Shown here: piece by piece, positions 9,300 through 18,215 of the stretch
Layout: every line of letters starts with the position of its first letter
Numbering within the stretch: the first letter of the stretch is position 1
NCBI RefSeq assembly: GCF_000284115.1
Contig: NC_017080.1
Location: forward strand, 2,310,001 to 2,342,000
Source of the DNA: Phycisphaera mikurensis NBRC 102666
GTDB lineage: Bacteria; Planctomycetota; Phycisphaerae; Phycisphaerales; Phycisphaeraceae
Direction: 5' to 3'
Length of the DNA stretch: 32,000 nt
The notes under the pieces: model-generated
What the model saw: the letters and a program-made list of their open reading frames with translations, nothing else
Databases searched by the model: none
What the model was told of the DNA's origin: nothing
Program-made: the position numbers and the translations under genes

Positions 9300-10832
9300 T
9301 CAGGCACGCGGAAGGGTATCTCCCGCGGGTCCCGCCGCGGGCCGCTCCCGCCGGGCGAGCAGGAGCCAGGCCGCCCCGCCGACGAGGGCGAAGACGGCGC
9401 CGGCGGCGCTCGCGCGGGCTGCCGCGGTCGAGGGGTCCTGGGGATCGCCCGGCAGCAGCGACAGCAGCCCCGCGGCGGCCAGCGCCGCGGCGACCGCGGC
9501 GGCGAGGGCGGGAGCCGCCGGTCCGAGCAGGTCGGCCAGCCGCACCTTCGAGCGGCGGGTGGCGTAGGCGGCGCCCGGCAGCCCCACGAGCAGCTGGGCG
9601 AGGGCGAAGCCTTGCGCGACGCCGACCGCCACGGCGGCGTCGCCGCCGGCGCGGGCGGCGCCCAGGAGCGCTCCGGCGGACACGCAGGCCGCGCCGGTGA
9701 CGGCCGAGCCGACCGACCAGAGGACCTGGCGCCGGGAGTCGCCCTCGATGAGGAACAGCCACTTGGTCGGGGCGGCGACGACGCCCACGACCGCGCCTGC
9801 GCAGAGCACCCGGACGACCGGGGTCGCCGCGTCCCACCGCGGGCCCAGCAGCAAGCGGACGAGCTCCCCGGGGACCACCACGCCCACCGCGGCCGGCATC
9901 ATCGACGCGAGGTACACCCGCGAGAGGGCGCGTCGGAAGGCGTGGCGGTACCGGCCCTCCTCGCCGTCGCGCAGCCGGCACGCGGCCGAGACCACCACCT
10001 GCTGCAGCGGCTGCTGGACGCCGCGGGCGACCATCGTCGACCACTCGAAGCTCTTCTGATAGAGCCCCAACGCGGCGTCCCCCGCGAGGCCGCCGATGAG
10101 GGGGCGGTCGAGGTTGTTGCCCACCGAGAGCACGACCCGCGACGCCGTGACGCCGCCGGAATACCGCTTCAGGCGATCGAGCGTCACCCGCAGCTCGCCG
10201 GCGGGCGCGACCGCGGGCTCCCGCAGCGGCCGCCAGCCCGAGAGCAGCCAGCAACCGGCGGCCGTCGCGACGCGCTGGCCCGCGAAGAGCACGGCGAGCG
10301 CCCACACGCCTGCGCCGGCGGCGGCGGCGGCGACCGCGGCGGCGACGGCAAGGCCCAGCGCCACGGTCTCGATCGCCGCGAGCGCCTCGAAGCGCATGCC
10401 GCGGCGCAGCACGGCCCGGTGCAGGTTGAGCAGCGTGGCGAAGCCGACGGCGCCGGCGCACACCAGCACGAGCGGCGTGATGACGGCGTGCCCGTAGAAC
10501 CACGCCGCCAGCGGGCCCGTGGCGGCGAGCACCGGCACCAGCAACAGCACGAGGCGGCGGTTGAGCCGGAACATCGCCGCGGCCAGCGGCGGATCGAAGC
10601 GGCTGTGGTGCACGAGCGCGTGCGGCAGGCCGAAGTCCGCCAGCGGCCCCAGGAAGGCGAAGGCCGTCGTCGCCATCGCCATCAGGCCGAAGGCCTCGGG
10701 CCCGAGCTGACGCGCGAGGATCGCCGTCGCGGCGACGCCCAGCAGCGTCTGCACGCCCCCGGAGCCGAGCGCCGCGACGGCGGAGCGGCGCGTGCGGACG
10801 CCGAGGCTCTGCTGGTCCCGCCCCCCGCTCAC
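9300..10832 (-). CDS. MOP-superfamily polysaccharide flippase (Wzx/RfbX-like)
   Basis: RRSAVAALGSGGVQTLLGVAATAILARQLGPEAFGLMAMATTAFAFLGPLADFGLPHALV with further TM helices; GTG start at 10832 overlaps the upstream stop by 4 nt. Confidence 0.88.
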   Translation of the reverse strand: MSGGRDQQSLGVRTRRSAVAALGSGGVQTLLGVAATAILARQLGPEAFGLMAMATTAFAFLGPLADFGLPHALVHHSRFDPPLAAAMFRLNRRLVLLLVPVLAATGPLAAWFYGHAVITPLVLVCAGAVGFATLLNLHRAVLRRGMRFEALAAIETVALGLAVAAAVAAAAAGAGVWALAVLFAGQRVATAAGCWLLSGWRPLREPAVAPAGELRVTLDRLKRYSGGVTASRVVLSVGNNLDRPLIGGLAGDAALGLYQKSFEWSTMVARGVQQPLQQVVVSAACRLRDGEEGRYRHAFRRALSRVYLASMMPAAVGVVVPGELVRLLLGPRWDAATPVVRVLCAGAVVGVVAAPTKWLFLIEGDSRRQVLWSVGSAVTGAACVSAGALLGAARAGGDAAVAVGVAQGFALAQLLVGLPGAAYATRRSKVRLADLLGPAAPALAAAVAAALAAAGLLSLLPGDPQDPSTAAARASAAGAVFALVGGAAWLLLARRERPAAGPAGDTLPRA

Positions 10833-12103
10833 GGCGTCCCGCCGCCGACGAGCCGCGCCACGGCCGCGACCGTCTTGGCCGCGTCGGCCCGCATCGCGTC
10901 CATGCCCTCCGCCAGCCGGCGGTCGGCGGCCTCGGGCCGCTCCGCCACGCGCCGCAGCCGCGACGCGATCTCGCTGGCGGTCGCCGCGTCCGCCGGCAGG
11001 CACGCCTCCGCCAGGCCCAGCCGCCGCATGAAGTCGTCGCACTTGCCGGTGTACGCGAGCATGACCGCGGGGGTCCCGCGGCCGGCCGCGAAGATGGCGG
11101 GGTGCAGCCGGCCGGCGAGCAGGACGCGGCACCGGCCGTAGAGCGCGGCGAGCACGGCGGGCCCGAGCTTCTCGGTGATCACCGCGGCCTCGCCGCCGCG
11201 GGCCATGCGGCCCCGCACGGCCTCCATGACCTCGAGGTCCGAGTCGCGCTCGCGTCCGGTGCGGTAGTCGGTCGAGCAGAACAGCACGCGGTCGAAGCGG
11301 TCGGCCGCCGCGTCGAGGGCTCCGGCGGCGGCCGCCAGCAGCCGGCCGTGGCCGGCATCGCCGAGGCCGTAGCGGCCGCGGAGGTCGCGGAGGCAGACCG
11401 CCAGCACGCGGCCGGAGGCGTCGACACCGGCCCGCTCCAGCGCCGCGCCGGCTGCGCGCTCGTCGGCTTCGCCCACGCGCAGCCGGCACGCCGCGTCCGC
11501 CGCCTCCACCAGGCGGCCGCCGCCCGCGGGCACGCCGAGCTTCCGGAGCGCCGGCGCCGATCGCGCGTCGCGCGTCGCAATCAGGTCGACGCGCCGGAAG
11601 ATCCGCCCCGCCCACCGGCGTTTCGCCGCGCCCCCCACCCCGGACCAGGCGAAGGGGCCGAAGCCCTGGCCCCAGAGCACGACCGGCGCGCCGGCGGCGT
11701 GGGCCGCCGCGACGCGGAGGTCCAGTTCCATCAGCTTCTCGCGGTGCAGGAAGACGTCGTTGCCCTGCGGCCCGCCCTGGAAGACGACGAGGCCGACGCC
11801 CTCGAACGCCCGGGCGGCCGCCGGCGGCGAAGACGCGCTGCCCCGGCGGCGGAGCGCCCGGAGCCGCCGCCACGAGGCGAGCGCGGCCAGGGGCCCCCCG
11901 GTCGAGCGGAGCCGCGGCTTGGGGCCCACGCCGACCGGGCCGGAGAGATCGAAAGCCTCGTAGTCCGCGGGCGTCTGCGTGGCGATCGCCAGCTCCGCCG
12001 CCGGGAAGAGCTCGCGCAGCTCCTGCAGGATCGCCAGGCCGATGCCCGCGTCGCCCACGGTGGGAGCCGAGCCGAAGAACAGGATGCGGTTCGGAGCGGG
12101 CAC
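10829..12103 (-). CDS. Polysaccharide pyruvyl transferase family protein (CsaB-like)
   Basis: RILFFGSAPTVGDAGIGLAIL...VVLWGQGFGPF...LIATRDARSAPALRKLGV...AGRLHPAIFAAGRGTPAVMLAYTGKCDDFMRRLGL. GTG start at 12103. Confidence 0.85.
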   Translation of the reverse strand: MPAPNRILFFGSAPTVGDAGIGLAILQELRELFPAAELAIATQTPADYEAFDLSGPVGVGPKPRLRSTGGPLAALASWRRLRALRRRGSASSPPAAARAFEGVGLVVFQGGPQGNDVFLHREKLMELDLRVAAAHAAGAPVVLWGQGFGPFAWSGVGGAAKRRWAGRIFRRVDLIATRDARSAPALRKLGVPAGGGRLVEAADAACRLRVGEADERAAGAALERAGVDASGRVLAVCLRDLRGRYGLGDAGHGRLLAAAAGALDAAADRFDRVLFCSTDYRTGRERDSDLEVMEAVRGRMARGGEAAVITEKLGPAVLAALYGRCRVLLAGRLHPAIFAAGRGTPAVMLAYTGKCDDFMRRLGLAEACLPADAATASEIASRLRRVAERPEAADRRLAEGMDAMRADAAKTVAAVARLVGGGTP

Positions 12104-12232
12104 GCGAGGAAGCTATCGGAGCGTCGGGCCTCCGCCGACAGCGCACCGGCCCGCCTCCACGCCGATACTCCCACTGTGGACCCCGCCGCTCCCCGAGACG
12201 GAAACGCCGCCGCCGGTCCGCTGGCGGAGCCC

Positions 12233-12700
12233 ATGCCGGCTTGGCGTCGGCGGGTGGTGGCCGCGGGCCTCGTGGGCTTCGTGCTCGTTTCCGCGGCGCA
12301 CGCGCTGACCGGGCGGGAGCACTGGCCGTTCTCCCCGTACGCGATGTACTCCACGCCGAAGGCGGACTACCAGAGCGACAAGCTGCTGCTCGTCGCCGTC
12401 GACGCCGCGGGGGAGGAGCGGTGGCTGCTCTCGGCGGCCGAGCTCGCGCCGCTGAACCGGGCAAAGGTGGACGCGGTGCTGGGGCGCGCCCGCCGGGCCG
12501 ACGGCCAAGGCCGGTCCGTGGCGCACGCCGGGCCCACGCTGCGGCGGGCCTTCGTCGACCTGGTCGGCGTCATCGAGCGCCACCACCCCGAAGCCGCCGC
12601 CTTCCGCCTCTACCACGCCGTGTGGGAGATGGATCCGGCCGCGGCGAACCTCCGCGACCCCGAGGTGTGGGACCTGCTCGCCGAGGAGCCCGCCCGGTGA
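12233..12700 (+). CDS. Small protein with one N-terminal TM helix; putative soluble partner of the adjacent HTTM-like protein
   Basis: MPAWRRRVVAAGLVGFVLVSAAHALTGREHWPFSPYAMYSTPKADYQSDKLLLVAV...; overlaps the next gene at GTGA (12697-12700). Confidence 0.75.
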   Translation: MPAWRRRVVAAGLVGFVLVSAAHALTGREHWPFSPYAMYSTPKADYQSDKLLLVAVDAAGEERWLLSAAELAPLNRAKVDAVLGRARRADGQGRSVAHAGPTLRRAFVDLVGVIERHHPEAAAFRLYHAVWEMDPAAANLRDPEVWDLLAEEPAR

Positions 12701-13599
12701 GCCCCGTCGCCCGATGCCGCGGGTTCCTCTCCCGCTGGCTCTTCGCTCCCGCCGAGGCGGGGCCGCTGGGCCTCTGCCGCCTGGCGTTCTACGGCCTGCT
12801 GTTCCTGTACTTCGTGCGGCTGGACTTCGCGGCCTTCGGCGGCTTGCCGGACTCGGTGTTCCACCCGATCAGCGTCTTCCGGGTCTTCCGCATCCCGGTG
12901 GCGCCCCCGGCGGCGCTCGACGCGGCGCAGCTGGTCTGGAAGGCGTCGCTGCTGCTCGCCGCGATCGGCCTCGCCACCCGGCCCGCCTGCTGGATCGCCT
13001 TCCTCGTCGGCACCTACCTGCTCGCGGTGCCGCAGAACGCCGGCCGGGTCTTCCACGACGACGCGCTGCTGGTCTTCATCCTCGCGGCCCTTGCGTTCTC
13101 CCGCTGCGGGGCGGCGTGGAGCGTCGACGCGTGGCTCCGCCGGCGTCGCGGCGGCCAGCCCGCGGCCCCCAGCGGCGAGCACCGTTGGCCGCTGATCTTC
13201 GCGCAGGTCGTGCTTTCCTGCGTGTTCTTCGCGGCGGGCTGGGCGAAGCTGAGAAACGGCGGGCTCGCCTGGGTGTTCAGCGATCACATGAGCACGGTGC
13301 TCATCAAGCAGCAGTACAACAGCGACCCGTGGGTAAACTGGGGCCTGCACGTCGCGGCGCGGCCGTGGCTGGCGAGCGTGATGGCCGCCTCGACGCTGCT
13401 GATCGAGCTCGCTTACCCGCTTGCGCTCGCGAGCCGGCGGGTGCGGTGGATCGTCGTGCCGGGCATGGCCGCCGCGCAGGTGGGCATCCGGGCGCTGATG
13501 GGGCCGGCGTTCTGGCCCTTCCTCATCTGCAACGTGTTCTGGATCCCGATGATGGTCCCCGGCGGCGGGATCCGCGGACCGTGGAGGGAACGTGGCTGA
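12697..13599 (+). CDS. HTTM-like (vitamin-K-dependent gamma-carboxylase N-terminal-like) integral membrane protein
   Basis: Multi-TM protein: GLCRLAFYGLLFLYFVRLDFAAF...VFRVFRIP...DDALLVFILAALAFSRCGAAWSVDAWLRR...VLSCVFFAAGWAKLRNGGLAWV. GTG start. Confidence 0.75.
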   Translation: MSPVARCRGFLSRWLFAPAEAGPLGLCRLAFYGLLFLYFVRLDFAAFGGLPDSVFHPISVFRVFRIPVAPPAALDAAQLVWKASLLLAAIGLATRPACWIAFLVGTYLLAVPQNAGRVFHDDALLVFILAALAFSRCGAAWSVDAWLRRRRGGQPAAPSGEHRWPLIFAQVVLSCVFFAAGWAKLRNGGLAWVFSDHMSTVLIKQQYNSDPWVNWGLHVAARPWLASVMAASTLLIELAYPLALASRRVRWIVVPGMAAAQVGIRALMGPAFWPFLICNVFWIPMMVPGGGIRGPWRERG

Positions 13600-15160
13600 A
13601 ACGGCCGCCGTCCGCGGTGCCACGCTACGGGCGATGCTCGTCGCGACGGCGGTGCTCACGCCCGCGGTCTTCCTGCTCTCCCTCGCCGGCGGGCAGCGGC
13701 ACTTCCACGGGCACGGGCTGCCCGGCCTGCGGGGCCTGGTGCTCGCGGCCTGCGTGGGGCTCGGCGTGGCGGTGGCGATCTTCGGCGTCCGCAGATCCTT
13801 CCTGCGGCGCTGCGTGCCGCCGGCGAGCCCTCTCGCCTTGGGCGTGATCCGCTGCTGGACCTGCCTGGTCGCCGCGTCGGTGGCGCTGGTGACGCCGGCC
13901 GCGAGCATCGTGCACGCGCCGACGGCGGAGCTGACGCCGATGGGCGTGATGGACCTCCTGTACGCGGCCCCCGCCGGCGTCGGACGCTTGAGCTTCTGGG
14001 TCGCGACCACGCCGGCGGCGACACACGCGTTCCAGGGCCTCACCGCGGCGCTGCTCCTGCTCGCCGCCGCCGGCTGGCGGACCCGCTGGACGCTGCCGCT
14101 GGCGGCAGTCGCCTACCTGGTGCTCGGCGGCATCCCCCGCAGCCACCTGAAGTTCTTCCACGCCGGGCTTCTGCCCTTCTTCGCGTTGGCGGTGCTCTCC
14201 TTCCTGCCGTGTGCCGACGCCTTCAGCCTCGACGCACGCCGGCGCCGACGGGCGGGCGGAACCCCGCCGCCGCCCGGCGTCCCGACCCCCCGGCACGGGC
14301 GCGCCCGCTTCCTGGTCTACCTCGCGATCGGCCTCCCCTACGCCGCGGCCGGGCTCTCGAAGTTCGCCGGCGGCGGGCTCTTCTGGGCGGGCCCGCACAA
14401 CCAGCGGGCGATGCTCTTCGACCAGAGCCTGAACCCCATGGGCGACGCCCCCTTCCTCCCGCTGCTGCGGATGACGCCGGGCTTCGTCTTCGGGTTCATG
14501 GGCGCTAGCGCGTTGCTCGCCGAGCTGGGCATGGCCTTCGCCGCGACCTCGCGGTGGGTGCGGCGGGTGATCCCGCCGACGATCGCGCTGATGCACGCGG
14601 GCACGTGGGCGTTCATGGGCATCTTCTTCTGGGAGAGCGCCCTCCTGATGGCGGTGTTCCTGAACTGGCGGCCGCTCGGGCGGGCGCTGCGGCTCCCGCT
14701 GCCCCCGCCTGGGAAGCCGGCGGAGCGTGAGGAGCGGGACCCCACCCGCTTCGCCGTCGCGGCGGCCCTGCTCGTCGTCGTGTCCGCCGTTCCCTGGGTC
14801 CTCCGCACCGAGTCGTACCCGCTGACGGCGATGCAGATGTTCGCCGGCTACCACGCCGCCGACGAGGTGGAGCACACCCGCCTGTTCGCGATCCGAGCGA
14901 GCGGGGCCGAGGAGCCCGCGCCCTTCCAGGACCTCGGCCTGCTCCGCCTTGGCCGCAACCTCTCGCTGCGAGCGTTCGAGGACACCCAGGAGCGGGCCCG
15001 GGTCGACCGCCTGCTCGCCGACGCCGCGGCCGGAGCGAACGCGATGCAGCCCGAGGATCCGATCGTGCGGCTCGAGCTGCGGCGCTACGCCTACCCGCTC
15101 GCGGGCACCGCCTCGGACGTCTACGCGGACCCGCTCGGCACCCTGGCCTTCGACCTCTGA
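13592..15160 (+). CDS. Second HTTM-like integral membrane protein with C-terminal soluble extension
   Basis: Multi-TM; YLAIGLPYAAAGLSKFAGGGLFWAGPHNQRAMLFDQS; C-terminal domain VLRTESYPLTAMQMFAGYHAADEVEHTRLFAIRA. GTG start overlaps the preceding gene by 8 nt. Confidence 0.78.
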   Translation: MAETAAVRGATLRAMLVATAVLTPAVFLLSLAGGQRHFHGHGLPGLRGLVLAACVGLGVAVAIFGVRRSFLRRCVPPASPLALGVIRCWTCLVAASVALVTPAASIVHAPTAELTPMGVMDLLYAAPAGVGRLSFWVATTPAATHAFQGLTAALLLLAAAGWRTRWTLPLAAVAYLVLGGIPRSHLKFFHAGLLPFFALAVLSFLPCADAFSLDARRRRRAGGTPPPPGVPTPRHGRARFLVYLAIGLPYAAAGLSKFAGGGLFWAGPHNQRAMLFDQSLNPMGDAPFLPLLRMTPGFVFGFMGASALLAELGMAFAATSRWVRRVIPPTIALMHAGTWAFMGIFFWESALLMAVFLNWRPLGRALRLPLPPPGKPAEREERDPTRFAVAAALLVVVSAVPWVLRTESYPLTAMQMFAGYHAADEVEHTRLFAIRASGAEEPAPFQDLGLLRLGRNLSLRAFEDTQERARVDRLLADAAAGANAMQPEDPIVRLELRRYAYPLAGTASDVYADPLGTLAFDL

Positions 15161-15281
15161 GGCGTCGGATCCGCTCCGACCCGGAGCCATGCCCGCTCCG
15201 GGGAACTCGCGGGCGAGCGAGGCCGACCGCCCCGCCGGTAGGCCGAGGACCGGGCGGCCCGCCGGCACTTGAGCACGCGGT

Positions 15282-15971
15282 TCAATTGCCGAGCTTCTGC
15301 TCGATCGTCCGCGTCGTCTTCTCCCCGAAGAAAGCCGCCTTGGTCACGTTGCTGACGAGGCGGCGGTAGACCGGCCCGTGCTCGCGGGAGAGGCCGAGGC
15401 TGAGCTGCAGGTCGACGCTGGCCCAGTCGGTGTCGATCTTCACCTCGTTGGCGACCTCGAAGGCCTCGCTCTTCCCCGAGGGCAGCTCGTACGTGGTCCG
15501 CGAGGGCGGCGGGACGGTCTGCTCATACGTGCCCGAGGTCTGCCGCTCGCCGCTGCCGGTCGCGAACACCTCGACCCGGCCCGAGCGCTGGAAGGTCTCC
15601 TCGGAAGACATCGTGCCGGGCACCAGCAGCGCCGGCGGATCAAACCTCAGCCGCTGATCCGACTCCTTGAGCTCGACCTCGGAAACCTCGAGGGTCCCGT
15701 CGTCGGCGGCGTGCAGGCGGAGCGCGTTGCGGTCGCCCAGCCGCATCGCCCAGCCGCCGCCGTCGATCGGTGCGAGCGTGAGCTCGGCAGAGCCACCCGC
15801 GCCCGGGCCGCTGGTGAGCTTCATGGGCCAGGACGCCTCCTCCAGCGGCAAAAGCTCGATCGCCCGCACCTCTTCCGCATCCGCGCGCGAGAAGGCGGAA
15901 GAGGCGGCGGAGGCGGCGATCGCCGGGGCGAGGGCGATCAGCGGCAGGAAGCGACGGCGTGGGCGGGGCAT
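15282..15971 (-). CDS. Exported hypothetical protein
   Basis: MPRPRRRFLPLIALAPAIAASAASSAFSRADA signal-peptide-like start; ATG at 15971 chosen over the longer ORF start at 16145, which would overlap the divergent gene. Confidence 0.7.
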   Translation of the reverse strand: MPRPRRRFLPLIALAPAIAASAASSAFSRADAEEVRAIELLPLEEASWPMKLTSGPGAGGSAELTLAPIDGGGWAMRLGDRNALRLHAADDGTLEVSEVELKESDQRLRFDPPALLVPGTMSSEETFQRSGRVEVFATGSGERQTSGTYEQTVPPPSRTTYELPSGKSEAFEVANEVKIDTDWASVDLQLSLGLSREHGPVYRRLVSNVTKAAFFGEKTTRTIEQKLGN

Positions 15972-16095
15972 GGAAGGGCCTGGGAGAGGGAGTTGCGGGA
16001 TGGCGACACCGGCCGAAAAAACCCTAGCCCGCGGGGCGGCGGCTGCCCGGGGCGTAGCCTCGACGCCGCCCGCCCGACCGACCGATACGCCGACC

Positions 16096-17178
16096 GTGCC
16101 CGACCCCCGCCCCCTCCGAACCGCGCTTCTGGGCTGCGGCCGCATCGCCCGCGGCCGCCACCTGCCGATGCTCGTCCGAAGCGAACGCTTCCACGTCCTC
16201 GCGGTGGTGGACCCCGACCAGAGAAGCCGGGCCGCGGCGGAGAAGCTCGCCCCGGGAGCGAGCGGGCACGCCGATCCCGCCGCGCTCTACGCCGATGATC
16301 CCTCGGCGGAAGGCGCGGTCGAGGCGGTCGTGATCGCGACGCCCAGCCACCTCCACGGGGAGAACGCGCGGGCCGCGATCGCCGCCGGCCGGCACGTCTA
16401 CCTGGAGAAGCCGGTCGGCACGGATCTCGACGACGCCCGCGCAACGGTGGCCGCCTGGGACGCGGCGAACGCCGACCGCGGGGAGAAGCTCGTCGGCCGC
16501 ATCGGCTTCAACTACCGCTTCCACCCGATGCACCGGGCGGCCCGCGCCGCCATCGAGAGCGGCCGCTTGGGCCGGCTGGTCGCGGTCCGCAGCGTGTACA
16601 CGACGCCCGCGACCGAGCTGCCGGGCTGGAAGACCGCCCGCGCCAGCGGCGGCGGGGCGCTCCTGGACCTCGCGATCCACCACGTCGACAACCTCCGCTT
16701 CCTCACCGGGAGAGAGGTCACCTCCGTCCGCGGCCGGCTGCTCTCCCGCGCGAGCGAGCACGACACCGCGACGCTCGACCTGCTCTTCGGCGAGGGCGAG
16801 GACGCGGTGCCCGGGCAGATCACCGTCGCGATGAACGCCGTCGACGAGGACCGCACGGAGGTGATCGGCGACCGGGGCGCGGCCGTGCTCGACCGCGTGG
16901 CCGACGGCGTCGCGCGTTTCCGCGGCGCGAAGCGGGCGGGCCTGCGGCGGGCGCGGGCGCGGGCGGCGCTCGCGTCGCTAAGGCCGCAGCGGATCCCCGG
17001 CGTCGCGCCCAAGCCCGAGCCCTCGACCTCCGCCTCGCTGCACGCCTTCGCCGCCGCGGTCCGCGGGGAGGGCGCAGGCGAGCCCGATCTCCGCGACGGC
17101 CTCGCGGCGCTGGAGGTCGTGCTCGCCGCCGAAGCCGGCGCCCTCGCCCTCGCCCGGGGAGGCACGCCGGATGGCTGA
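16096..17178 (+). CDS. Gfo/Idh/MocA family oxidoreductase
   Basis: LRTALLGCGRIARGRHLPMLVRSERFHVLAVVDPD...VVIATPSHLHGENARAAIAAGRHVYLEKPVG...GGGALLDLAIHHVDNLRFLTG. GTG start. Confidence 0.93.
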   Translation: MPDPRPLRTALLGCGRIARGRHLPMLVRSERFHVLAVVDPDQRSRAAAEKLAPGASGHADPAALYADDPSAEGAVEAVVIATPSHLHGENARAAIAAGRHVYLEKPVGTDLDDARATVAAWDAANADRGEKLVGRIGFNYRFHPMHRAARAAIESGRLGRLVAVRSVYTTPATELPGWKTARASGGGALLDLAIHHVDNLRFLTGREVTSVRGRLLSRASEHDTATLDLLFGEGEDAVPGQITVAMNAVDEDRTEVIGDRGAAVLDRVADGVARFRGAKRAGLRRARARAALASLRPQRIPGVAPKPEPSTSASLHAFAAAVRGEGAGEPDLRDGLAALEVVLAAEAGALALARGGTPDG

Positions 17179-18118
17179 GCTCGCGGTGATCATGACCAGC
17201 CTGAACGCGGCGGGCACCATCGAGCGCTCCCTCGCCTCGGTGGAGCCGCAGCGGGAGCAGGTCGACCTGGAGCTGGTGCTCGTCGACAGCGGCACCGACG
17301 CGACGGCCGATCTCGTCCGCGAGCGCTTCCCGTGGGTGAAGGTGCTGCAGTTTGAGGAGCGAAAGTTCTGCGGCGACGGCCGCAACATCGGCTTCGCGAA
17401 CAGCAGCGCCCCGATCGTCGCCTTCCTCGACGCCGACTGCGAGGCGGCGCCGGACTGGGCCGCGAGCGTGCTGGCGGCGCACGCCGCCCGGCCCCAGGAC
17501 CAGGCTCCCGTCATCGGCGGCTCGGTCGGCAACGCCAACCCCGGCGCCTACTCCGGCTGGGCGTACTGGTTCACCGAGTTCGCCGGCTGGGGCCGCGGCC
17601 TGCCCGCCGGCGAGATCGCCGACGTGCCCGGCTGCAGCCTGACGATGAAGCGGTGGGCCTTCGAACGCTGGGGGCCGTTCATCGCCGGCACCTACTGCAG
17701 CGACTCGGCGTTCAACTGGCAGATGGCCGAGGCCGGCTTCAAGCCCCGCTTCGACCCCGCCATCCACGTCGCCCACATCAACCCCACCGGCCTGGCGGGC
17801 ATGGCCGCGCACGCTTACGACCACGGCCGCCAGTTCGGCAGCGTGCGACGGCAGGAGCAGCCGCCCTCGGCCGCGAAGCTGATGGCCTGGCGCCTCGGAG
17901 CGCCCGCCCTGCCCGCGGTGATGGCCTGGCGGACCGGGAGGAGCGTCTTCAAGGCGAGGGAGCACCGGACGCGTTTCCTCGCGGCGCTGCCCGCGGTGGC
18001 GCTGGTGCAGACCGGGTGGGCGCTGGGAGAGTGGCGGGCGTACTGGTCCGCAGCGGGGGCCGCAGCGGGGGCAAAGCGTGGAGGGCGAGAAGCCCAGGGG
18101 CAAGGGGATCCGCGGTGA
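17171..18118 (+). CDS. Glycosyltransferase family 2
   Basis: LAVIMTSLNAAGTIERSLASVEPQ...LELVLVDSGTDATADLVRE...APIVAFLDADCEAAPDW. ATG overlaps the upstream stop. Confidence 0.92.
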   Translation: MAELAVIMTSLNAAGTIERSLASVEPQREQVDLELVLVDSGTDATADLVRERFPWVKVLQFEERKFCGDGRNIGFANSSAPIVAFLDADCEAAPDWAASVLAAHAARPQDQAPVIGGSVGNANPGAYSGWAYWFTEFAGWGRGLPAGEIADVPGCSLTMKRWAFERWGPFIAGTYCSDSAFNWQMAEAGFKPRFDPAIHVAHINPTGLAGMAAHAYDHGRQFGSVRRQEQPPSAAKLMAWRLGAPALPAVMAWRTGRSVFKAREHRTRFLAALPAVALVQTGWALGEWRAYWSAAGAAAGAKRGGREAQGQGDPR

Positions 18119-18215
18119 GGCAACCCCACGGGTCGCAGCCCCGCGCCGAATCCACCTGACGCGTTCTCGGCGTCGTCGCCTCGCCCCGCCTCGAACCCCG
18201 CCGCAGCACGACCCC

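Noticed and set aside
8409-11141. 910-aa plus-strand ORF
   Set aside because: Antisense shadow of the GT2 and flippase genes; composition is Arg/His/Glu-rich with no domain.
9300-12464. 1054-aa minus-strand ORF taken as one gene
   Set aside because: Only the last ~510 residues (flippase) are coding; the rest is an out-of-frame reading of the pyruvyl transferase gene.
15197-15250. GC-rich partial palindromes between convergent genes 15160 (+) and 15282 (-)
   Set aside because: Arms are short and ambiguous at this GC content; not distinguishable from background.
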